The notes under the pieces were generated by a model. The model worked only from the letters and a program-made list of their open reading frames with translations, was not told where the DNA came from and ran no database searches. Source: an uncultured Lentisphaerales bacterium (GTDB lineage: Bacteria; Verrucomicrobiota; Lentisphaeria; JABSQK01; UBA12247). From it: DNA of 64,000 nt. Below are positions 42,068-50,777 of this stretch, one piece after another. How positions within the stretch are numbered: position 1 is the stretch's first letter; each line of letters starts with the position of its first letter. Location: the NCBI GenBank assembly GCA_943788985.1, contig CALSSJ010000031.1, positions 1 through 64,000 of the forward strand, written 5' to 3'. The position numbers and the translations under genes were made by a program.

Positions 42068-42363
42068 CGCCCGGCACCTCCCCCTTCCGGTTCGGCCTGT
42101 GCTGTAAATTTGAGCAAGACCCGAGCATTCGCTTTCGCACCACGACTGCGCGCTACCTGTCGAAGCTCGGACGCGAAGCTGGCTTACAACATCGCGAGGC
42201 GCTGGTCAAACACAATGCCCAAACGCTCCTGCGGGCAATTCGCGCCTGCCAAGGTTTGGGAATCGGCGCCTTTCGCGTTCCCAGCGGAATCATCCCCCTC
42301 GCCACGCATCCAGACTGGAGGTTCCAACTGGAGCGGCTCACGGACGACGCTGTCCTTGCCCCG
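42064..42363 (+). pseudogene. uvsE: UV DNA damage endonuclease, N-terminal fragment truncated by the group II intron
   Basis: RFGLCCKF, FRTTT, N...LLRAI..C...GIGAFRVPSGIIPLATHP. The stop codon lies inside the intron end and the remainder of the gene is absent. Confidence 0.85.
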
Positions 42364-44396
42364 ATCGAGTAGGAGGCCCCCTCTCGGGGGCCGTCCTCTC
42401 ACAGAACCGTACGTAGGGGTCCCTATACGGCTCCTCATAGAACCTTCACATAGAAGTCAACCGGCTGCCAGTGAGACTTCTCTTGCGCGGACGCAAGATA
42501 CATTCCCTCTGAAGCAAACCAGTTGTTCGACCACGATAGAGCAGCCACGAAGCTGTGCGAAAGTGCCCACCAACCACGGCGGGCAGGATCATACACCGTT
42601 CGATAGGCCGTCGCCCGTTTCGCGCCACGGGCAACAAGCGTGCGCACTACGTGTCTCCGACGCTTCTGATTGCGAAGCTTTTGAATTCGAAAACGAACGC
42701 GAATTCGACTCTCCACCTGCCGCAACTGATTCGGAAGCTCCGTCATACCGTAGTACCCACTCCAACCCCGATACCAACGATTCACCCGGGCGAGTTGCTC
42801 CTCCATTGGAATATGGCTACGACGCGGGATTAGCTCCCGCAGCGTGGAGCGAGCTCGCTTCATCGAAACCGCCGAAATCACAATCAGACCGCTGATGATG
42901 GTCATCCCCAAGAACTTCACTTTGCTGCTGTGCCGGGAGGCACTCTTCTCGCGGTTAACCGTCAACCCCAAACGCTTCTCAATGAAGCGCGCGACACTAC
43001 GCAGCACACGCTCCGCAGACCGTTCACTGCGAACAAAGATGTTCGAGTCGTCGGCATAACGGCAAAACGTGAGGCCGCGAGATTCAAGCTCGCAATCAAG
43101 TTCATGCAGGATGATGTTGCTCAACAACGGGCTCAGAGGACTACCCTGCGCAGAGCCTTCCGGTGTCGGGATAAACGTCCCTTCACTCAGACAGCCACTG
43201 CGCAGAGTCAGGCCGATCAAACGCAGAATACGCTTGTCCGGCACATGTTGCCCAACCAGATGAAGTGCGCGATCATGATTGATCGTGTCGAAAAAGGTTG
43301 CCAGATCGAGATCGACAACCCACTCGCGTCCGGACGTTACCAAATCCTTGGCTTGCCGGACGGCATCTTGCGCACTGCGACCGGGCCGATACCCGAAGCT
43401 TGAGTCGCTAAAGAGCGGCTCGAACACCGGTTCCAGCGTGGCTTTCACCGATTGCTGGACGACGCGGTCACGTACGCAGGGAACACCCAAAATACGCTTC
43501 TTGTGGCTGCCGGGCTTGGCAATCTCCACCCGTTTCACAGGAGACGGGCGGTAGGTCCAAGCCAGAGTTCAGTCCGCAAGATTCGCAGGTTACCCTCAAG
43601 GTCTGCAGCAAAATCGTCGACGGTCACGCCGTCCACACCGGGGGCTCCGCGATTGCGCTTCACCGACACGAAGGCCGAGCGCAACTGCCAGAGGCTGCAA
43701 GCCTGATCAAAGGCATTTCCGTAGTCTATGTTAAGAGTCAGTTGTTCCATGTTGCTTTCTAATTTGGATCAGTGAAAATCGCTGGCCGGTCACCGATGGC
43801 ATACGTTCCGACGGTATTGACTGGTCACCCTGCGCTGACACTGATCGCTATTCTGGGCTGGCTCGTGGTTCCATGTTCCGCCCTTCGCCTCCATCCCGTT
43901 CCCCACGGGACACTGGCGCTCTGTTTTATCCTCAGTCGGGTCACCCGCGACATCAACGGCAGAGCGTTTTACGACTACTATGGCTTCATCTGACTCCCGA
44001 CTGCGCATACGCCACCGTAACCGATGGCCTTAGCGAATAATGGCGAAGTTCCAACCTCCACACACAGCCGGGCCTCCTCGGGTAAGCACAACAAGCATTT
44101 CTCCACCCACCCGTCTCCTCTACCTACAACCGTTACGAACAGAATACTGGGCTTTGGAATTCGAGGGTTCCTCGCCCCAGCCATAGGCCTACCAGAGATT
44201 CACACCGAGTTCGAGTGATGGATCCGTATACACCTTCCTTCAGATTCCTCATTGGCAACCGCAAACCGATAGTCCACGCGTTCGGGCAACTTGCAGTCGT
44301 TTCTTCGGACACCCTTGGCTTCTACTTTACATTCCCTCCTGTCAGGGGTTGTAGCTGGAATTACACCAGCTGTTTTGTTGTGCATGCCGAGCACAC
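42364..44396 (-). mobile_element. Group II intron (class C-like), ~2033 nt
   Basis: Minus-strand 5' end GTGTGCTCGGCATG at 44396; domain V GAGCCGTATAGGGACCCCTACGTACGGTTC (42404-42433); domain VI hairpin with bulged A ending ACTCGAT at 42364; internal RT ORF. Confidence 0.92.
42435..43750 (-). CDS. ltrA: Group II intron reverse transcriptase/maturase (no endonuclease domain), with a single-base frameshift near 43560
   Basis: RT0 VKRNRGAPGVDG in ORF 43535..43750; RILGVPCVRDRVVQQ, SFGYRPGRS, QGSPLSPLL and RYADD in ORF 42435..43538; domain X RGWSGYY. Confidence 0.93.
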
Positions 44397-44572
44397 CTCA
44401 CCTCCCCCCTCTCCCCGTACAGAATTCCCGACCTAGCCTTGCGTTGCCCCGGTACCGGGGTAAGGTCCTTCACTGTCGCCGAAAGGAATTTCCTATCAGT
44501 CAGTAGAACACAGTATGGATGGCTGCTTTAGGAAGCGCCATGAGGATGAAACACAAGATAGGAGAACGCATC

Positions 44573-45747
44573 ATGAAAATCAAAACCCTCATCCTCGCAG
44601 GAATACTCGGAACCGCTATGGCTGCTCAGGGAGCAGCGGTCACCCTTTCGGGATTGTCACAATCCGGCGGAGAATTTCAGTGGCCTTCAGCGACGCTGCT
44701 TGGTGGCCATGAGAATGTCTCGCTAGCAACACAGGTAGGCCTCCAAACTGGTCGTAGTTATGGCCAAACTTTTACGATTGTGGAGAATGACACGATTGAC
44801 CTGATTACTTTCAGTTTTATGGATTTCAGCACTGCAGGGGGGGACTTTACCGTTGAGTTCTACAAAGTGGCTTCTGTCAGCACCGGTGATACATCGACCG
44901 GACCAGTCGATTCGGGGACCTTCAGTGCGGCGGATATCTCTGCTCTCGGCTTCAGTACTGGCGATCATGGCACACTCGTCTTGGATGTGACCGACACCGC
45001 TGTGACCGCGGGTGAGGTCTATGCGTGGAAAGTTACTGGACTCGGCAATAGAGTTTTTAATACGCAGAACAGTGCCAGCGTATATGCGGGTGGCCAGAGC
45101 TTCGGCACTCAAACTGGTACTCGCGACTATTTCGTGGCGGCCTACAGCTTTCCCACAGACTTGCAGGTCCAGATTACGACCGACGTAGCTGGCACTCTGC
45201 TGCAAGCAGGTTGGGACCTCGTCGATGGAGACAGAGCTCTCGTCTTCGATCTCCGGAGTGGTGGACGGCGTCACCATCACCGTCGACTGGTCGTACGGTC
45301 GGGCCGCACGGACGGCGACGGTGGGAATTATTCAGTAGTTAACCATACCGACGGAGATCTCGATAACCTGCTGTCGGGTGGGCGCGGTCAATAATGCAGC
45401 TATATATCGATCTGACCCTCGCAGGGCCTGGCTGACGGGACTACTCGATCACCACCTATCATCACGCGTGCTTTGACATCCGAATGTCCAACCGTTTGAT
45501 TTTGAGTCACCTGACTCGATGCCAACGGAACTGTCTTGGTGCACAATGATCTTGCACGCAGTCTTGGCGCGAGTGTGACCACTGCCGATTTCGGACGGCG
45601 GTAACCACGTTCACCGTCAGCGGTGGTAACGACGTCATTCTCACCTTTGATCCCGAAGCGGCGGAATTCGGCCCAAGTGACCAGCTGTTCCTCAATGGCT
45701 TTGAACTTTCAAGGCGGCCCTCCGGCACGGTGATCATCATTCGGTAG
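44573..45747 (+). pseudogene. Secreted Thr/Gly/Ser-rich protein with C-terminal PSGTVIIIR tail, frameshifted in its 3' half
   Basis: AGGAG RBS, signal peptide MKIKTLILAGILG; later frames read ...TTFTVSGGNDVILTFDP...LNGFELSRRPSGTVIIIR-stop. Confidence 0.6.
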
Positions 45748-45782
45748 GTTTTGGCGTGGTTCGGGGCTGGCCCGCGAGAGGG

Positions 45783-45905
45783 GATGACTGGGTGACTGGG
45801 TGACTGGGTGACTGGGTGACTTGTTGACGCCGGATGGAAGCCTGGGCTTACGCCCAGCAGGCGCTAGCCTGCAAAGCCCCGGCGTCATCAGGTCACCAAG
45901 TCATC
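45783..45905. repeat. 8-bp tandem repeat (TGACTGGG x4.6) forming one arm of a ~120-nt inverted-repeat, REP-like element
   Basis: TGACTGGG at 45785-45821; arm GTGACTTGTTGACGCCGG pairs with CCGGCGTCATCAGGTCAC; internal hairpins CTGGGCTTACGCCCAG and GCAGGCGCTAGCCTGC. Confidence 0.75.
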
Positions 45906-46040
45906 GCGTCAAAACCACCGTGTCAGACCGGCCGTGGGCCCTTGCATGCGGGGTAGCCGCTGCAGCCCCAGAATTCGCCCTTGGCGGGGCGTCGTTTGCG
46001 CATGGGTTGGTCGCATTGCGGGCAGGTGGGGGCGTCTGGC

Positions 46041-46300
46041 TCATCGCGGGGAACAGGCTAGGGGGGTGGCGGGAATACTCGCCACCATGTACAGCGGGAG
46101 CGACATGAGGTGGTACTTGACGGGCTGGGGAGGTCGTGGTTTTGACATCGAGATCCTGAGCCGAGGGCGGATTGGTATCCAGACGCAGTGCCCGGGGCAG
46201 CTTTTTCTGATGCATGAAGGCATGTAGCGACTTCATCGCACCAGCGCTGCCCGCCTTCACTTCAACCGGGACGATCTGGCTTCCTCGCTGAATGATGTAG
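46041..46300 (-). pseudogene. C-terminal fragment of an AAA+/DUF4143 ATPase
   Basis: YIIQRGSQIVPVEVKAG...MKSLHAF...; after a frameshift, VKYHLMSLPLYM. Confidence 0.7.
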
Positions 46301-46377
46301 TTCCTATCTTGTAAAGCTGGCTGGGGCCTTGCTAATCCGTGTGTCCCTTCACATCTGCTACTTTCGGTTTCTCTAAC

Positions 46378-46530
46378 ATGGCCGCCCGTCAGTCACTCGA
46401 GGACAAAGTCGCCGAACTCAAAGCGATTGCCACACAGCCTCCCACCCCGAGACCACCCAGCTGATTCGCCGCCACCTGGTCGGCAAGACCAGCTACCTCG
46501 TTGCAGAAGCTGCAAAAGAGACCGGTCCCC
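46378..46530 (+). pseudogene. N-terminal fragment of a helical (HEAT-like) protein
   Basis: MAARQSLEDKVAELKAI...; after a frameshift, LIRRHLVGKTSYLVAEAAK; ends abruptly before GGGGTCAGGGCTTG. Confidence 0.35.
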
Positions 46531-46710
46531 GTGCCGGGCGGGGTCAGGGCTTGATTATACAGTTTGAATCTGCGGTGTGGTCGGGTATTGACAGACAGGC
46601 CCTCCGGGCGGGGTCCTGACATTGGTGCATGCTGAAAGGTTGGCGCGACTTGGCACTCGGGCTATTGTTGGTGTGTGGCCATTGGCGAACACCAGTATAG
46701 GAGGAGTAAC

Positions 46711-46935
46711 GTGGATGCGGTGATCATTGAGAAAGAAGCACTGAAGCTCTGTGAAGCCGATCGCGCTCTGCTTGCGGATCGTCTTCTTCTGAGCATCTCG
46801 CCTGAGTCAGTCAAGATCAGGGAAGCGTGGACTGCCGAGTCTGAAGATAGGGTGCGGGCATATCGAGTAGGTGAACTTCAGGCGATAGACGGCCCGGAGG
46901 CATTGGCTACACTGAGAGCACGGTTCTCAGTGTGA
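46711..46935 (+). CDS. Addiction-module antitoxin (TIGR02574-like)
   Basis: AGGAG RBS + GTG; EALKL..ADRALLADRLLLSI...AW..E..DR...Y..GE...IDG.E. Confidence 0.85.
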   Translation: MDAVIIEKEALKLCEADRALLADRLLLSISPESVKIREAWTAESEDRVRAYRVGELQAIDGPEALATLRARFSV

Positions 46936-46973
46936 CGTATCGCTTCCTCTCGCCAGCGTACCAGGAGTTTTGA
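46932..46973 (+). pseudogene. RelE/ParE-family toxin, first 13 codons only
   Basis: GTGA overlap with the antitoxin stop; MTYRFLSPAYQEF resembles ParE N-termini; the stop TGA is the first codon of the repeat array. Confidence 0.6.
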
Positions 46974-47205
46974 CGTATGGCCTTCGGCCTAGGGACAAGG
47001 GATTTGCATCACATTGTATGGCCTTCGGCCTAGGGACAAGGGATTTGCATCACATTGTGCTTGACCGGATGACGTATGGCCTTCGGCCTAGGGACAATGA
47101 CGTATGGCCTTCGGCCTAGGGACAAGGGATTTGCATCACATTGTGCTTGACCGGAGGCCTTCGGCCTAGGGACAAGGGATTTGCATCACATTGTGCTTGA
47201 CCGGA
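46971..47205 (+). repeat. Irregular tandem array of five partial/full copies of a 58-bp unit
   Basis: Unit TGACGTATGGCCTTCGGCCTAGGGACAAGGGATTTGCATCACATTGTGCTTGACCGGA; copies at 46971-47016, 47017-47069, 47070-47097, 47098-47155 and 47156-47205. Confidence 0.95.
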
Positions 47206-47213
47206 TGGCGCTA

Positions 47214-48378
47214 CAGGGGTAGCTTGCATCAAATAGTGTTTCATTGAGAGGTTCCCTATGCGAACAGCGAGGCTTCGGCCAAACCGGAAGGAAGGCAGCT
47301 ACCTTCATCTCTATCAACGAGCCTGTGGATTTCGCTCGGATCGAATTTTCGGAGATGTCGAGCGCCAGTTCATGCTCAATCTCATTGGCAAGGTTTCGGC
47401 GTTGTACACGCTCGAAATCATTGCAGTGACGGCAATGTCCAACCATGTGCATATTGTTGCCTTCGTGCCAGGGGAGCCGCCGACACCGGAAGAAACTTGC
47501 CGACGTTATAACGCATTCTATGCTGGCATGAAGCCGGAATTGACTGTCCACTCGCCTGACTTGGCGCGCATTCAGGAGCGCCTGGGGGACTTCAGCGTAT
47601 TCATGGGGCATTGGCAACAGAGCTTCACCTGCTGGTTTAATCGCACGCGCAAGGAACAGCGCAGGGGGCGCCTGTGGGGGGACCGATTCAAGCACACAAT
47701 TCTGGAGGGTCGTGAGGCGCTTTGGACTTGCGTGCAGTATGTGGAGATGAATCCTGTCCGTGCTGGGATCTGCGAGCAGCCGGACGACTACCGGTTCTGC
47801 AGTTGGGGGATTCGCTGCGGGAGCGGCAAGCATCCCTATGCCACGAACTTCCTCCACCACTTACGCCGGTCGCTGGGAGATCGGGCAGACGATTGGTCCA
47901 TGCCAGATCTCGAGGCAGAATTTCGTTCGGATTTAGCTAGGAAGTTGACTGCAGAGCTTGGAGCAAGCGGCGAGGAGATTGCAGCTGCCAGTGACCTAGC
48001 ACGCGCGAAGGTTCCTGTGACGCTGCAGCTTACCCGTCGGGCCCGCTATTGGACCGATGGGGCCGTGATCGGCTCAAGGCAATTTGTGATGGAAATCACA
48101 GCTGAGGCACTTGGCGCCGAGCGGGCGAAGAAGCGACGATACGGGCGCGGCTTGATTGCCGACGGCACTGCCCTCTTCAGTATGCGCCAACTTCGAACGG
48201 TGGCTCCCGGCTCTGATCAAGATCTCGGCTGAACATCGCTCTATTCAAGGCTGCCATGCTTGGGCGCAAAGCCGCTACCTGCAGATCACATTGTCTCGAG
48301 CGAAAAGCCTTCGGGGGAAGCCCCGCTGCTTGCCCAGAGCCCTCTCATCGAAGCACAATCTGATCCAAGCTACGCCTG
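47214..48378 (+). mobile_element. Putative HUH-transposase element bounded by 28-bp imperfect inverted repeats
   Basis: 47214-47241 CAGGGGTAGCTTGCATCAAATAGTGTTT versus the reverse complement of 48351-48378, CAGGCGTAGCTTGGATCAGATTGTGCTT: 23/28 identical. Confidence 0.6.
47258..48232 (+). CDS. Y1 HUH transposase, RAYT/IS200-like, long form
   Basis: MRTARL...HLYQR, AMSNHVHI (HUH), GRLWGDRFK, YVEMNPVRAGI...DYRFCSW (catalytic Tyr), C-terminal RYWTDGAVIGSRQFV. Confidence 0.9.
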   Translation: MRTARLRPNRKEGSYLHLYQRACGFRSDRIFGDVERQFMLNLIGKVSALYTLEIIAVTAMSNHVHIVAFVPGEPPTPEETCRRYNAFYAGMKPELTVHSPDLARIQERLGDFSVFMGHWQQSFTCWFNRTRKEQRRGRLWGDRFKHTILEGREALWTCVQYVEMNPVRAGICEQPDDYRFCSWGIRCGSGKHPYATNFLHHLRRSLGDRADDWSMPDLEAEFRSDLARKLTAELGASGEEIAAASDLARAKVPVTLQLTRRARYWTDGAVIGSRQFVMEITAEALGAERAKKRRYGRGLIADGTALFSMRQLRTVAPGSDQDLG

Positions 48379-48555
48379 AACCGCGGTCAAGTGCAGTCTA
48401 GCTAATATGTGTTGGAATCGCTGCCCGTCACCGATCCTCGGTCAGTGACTCGCATTGCTCAAGCGAAGCTGGTTTTCGCGCATTCGGCCAGATCAACAGG
48501 CCTTCGTAGGCCTTGCCCGGATTACTTGATTCACCGCACTGGGCCTTGGTAACCA

Positions 48556-50403
48556 TCAATTCCCAATAAGCAGATCCTTGTCTTGCGTTGGCGCTGCTAA
48601 TCCTCTGTCCCCAATCTGTATTCCCCTTGGGCAGCACGGGCCAAAGCCCGAAACCGGACCTGCCAATGAGGCACCGTTTGAGCCAAGTAGGGATTCACGA
48701 TCGCCAGCGCCCGCTCCGCATGCCCCTGCGCCACAGCCAGCCAAGCGGCCTGGTAGTCATACTGCAGCTTCTCGGCAAACGCCTCACGATCGATGGTTGC
48801 GAACTCCGCAATCGCCTGCGCGCTACGCTTCTGTAGTGCCAGATAGTAACACCAGGCGAGTCTTGTTTCAGGCGTGGGATTCTTGTAGCACCTGAAGGTT
48901 TAGAAACTCTCGATAATGCCAGGTCAATTTGTCATCTGGCGGCTTGTCGTCCCACAGACTATCCTGCGGTACACCCAAAGTATCGTATGCCACATGCTGA
49001 TGACGCCGGACCTGGTACAGCTCACTCTCAAGCGTAGGCCCGACATCCAAGCCGCGTTCTCCCAAAAAGGCACGTGCTCCGCGCTCATCTCGATGAAACA
49101 GCGCATACTTGCCCACAACTGGATCACTCTGGAGGCCGCTTTCGAGCCTGCCCGCGACCACTTCGTACAGGTCCCGGTCCCTCAAGCGCGGACCCAGTAG
49201 TCCCAGATCCAGCTGTTGGACATTCGCATTAGCCAGAAACTCCTGGATTTGAGCAGTCGCCCCACGCTTGGTCAGCCAGGGCCAATACTCCGAGAATTGA
49301 GCGTCTTCCCCAGAGACCTTACAGGTGGGCACACTGAGACTGCCCACCACCTCCGTCCCCCGCGACAGATGCAGCGGTGGCTGATAGAACGTCCCCCTCC
49401 TCGGGGAAGTAGAACGCGGTCGTGAACGTTCTCGTGCTTCTCGCCGCGATCCGTTGATTCGCCGCACTGCGATAGTCAAACAGTGGGATAGATCCGTCTG
49501 GGTGCCGCACCAAGAGCGTGAGGCGCGGCAGCACTGTAGGTTAGTGGCAGTGATCGTTGCCGTGCACGGCATGCCACTCACATACTCGCCATTCCCAACC
49601 TGCATATCCTGTTGCCTCACACTCCAATCCAGAAAGAACTCAGGCCGCCGTTTCCAACTGCGTCGCGGCCAGCAGCTGATCACTCGCGACCAACGCTCCC
49701 GTGTTGCTGCGGAGGATGAGAGCTTCTCCCCTGACATCGCGGCTGGGCGGTGCCGCCGTGAACGGCAGATCGACCAGCGCCAGCATCAGCAGCACCTCGT
49801 TTGCCGACCGCCGCGCGGCCAGCGCGTAGGGTGTCAGCATGGTGCCCTCTACGACATCCAGCCAGAACCGAGAAGGCGCAATATCCACGCGAGTCCCTGG
49901 CATTCTCTGGTAGTAATTATACCCCGCATACTTCGCGGCACGGGCCGGCCGCCAGGCGCACGGTTCGACGCGCTCTTGCTTCCCATTCATCCAGCTCTGA
50001 ATCGGTGAATCTAAAGGGGGCAGGCGTCTGAGCAGTGGGGGCGGCAACAGCAGCTGGACGATGGACAATTCGGACACTGACATAAGCATCGGCGACTAGC
50101 TTGGCAACCTTAAGCTCCTCCGCGATCAGCTCCTCGACTTGGCTGGTTGTGCGGCCGGCCACACGTATTCGAGGAAGCCCAGCGCATGACCAGATTCCCC
50201 GTCTTTGAGCGCACCCAGTAGTCATCGTCGAAACTCGAATCTTCTGAAACTGCGACCGCTAGGCAGCCCCCCGGGCGTATTACTTCGTCCATATCAAGCA
50301 TCCAATCCGCCCCAGGCCACAGACACAACTTTGACTCGAAACTGCGGGCATCGGTGATCAGTAGAGTTTTCCCGATGGTCCGGGTGCCACAAGGCCGCGT
50401 CAC
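48556..50403 (-). pseudogene. Heavily frameshifted remnant of a large hypothetical protein
   Basis: Protein-like segments in alternating minus frames (VDIAPSRFWLD, EVLLMLALVDLPF, AFYFPEEG, YREFLNL); no intact ORF. Confidence 0.45.
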
Positions 50404-50777
50404 GGATTGGCCGGTGGGCCATTCAGTGCAGGCCGTGGTTGGGATTGTGGCTTTGGCATTTCAATTCACTTTCGGCCCTTCGCTGACGGAGCCCTATGAT
50501 CGGCCGATTGCCGACGATTACAAGCATCGCTACGGGCAACATTGGACTTCATGAGACCACACTGCCCATTGGTCACAGTCGGTCTGGTATCCGAATCGCA
50601 TGCGGCTCATTGTAGGTATCGGTGGCCCCCATCCCTTCGGCGTAGTATCCAATGTTCTACTTGGGAATGGCCATGCATCCTGGCATGACGACTTCACCAT
50701 CAACTTCGATCGATGCTATGTTGACTAGTGGAAACCCGATCCTTCCTGTTGGTACCCCATATTCTCCGAAACAGTCG

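Noticed and set aside
42435..43750. Retron, DGR or defence-associated RT
   Set aside because: It has RT0 and domain X and sits inside recognisable group II intron 5' end and domain V/VI; no TR/VR pair or msr-msd seen.
46971..47205. CRISPR array
   Set aside because: No unique spacers, units are overlapping partial copies of one sequence, and no cas genes are present.
47186..47860. 224-aa minus-strand ORF
   Set aside because: Antisense shadow of the HUH transposase.
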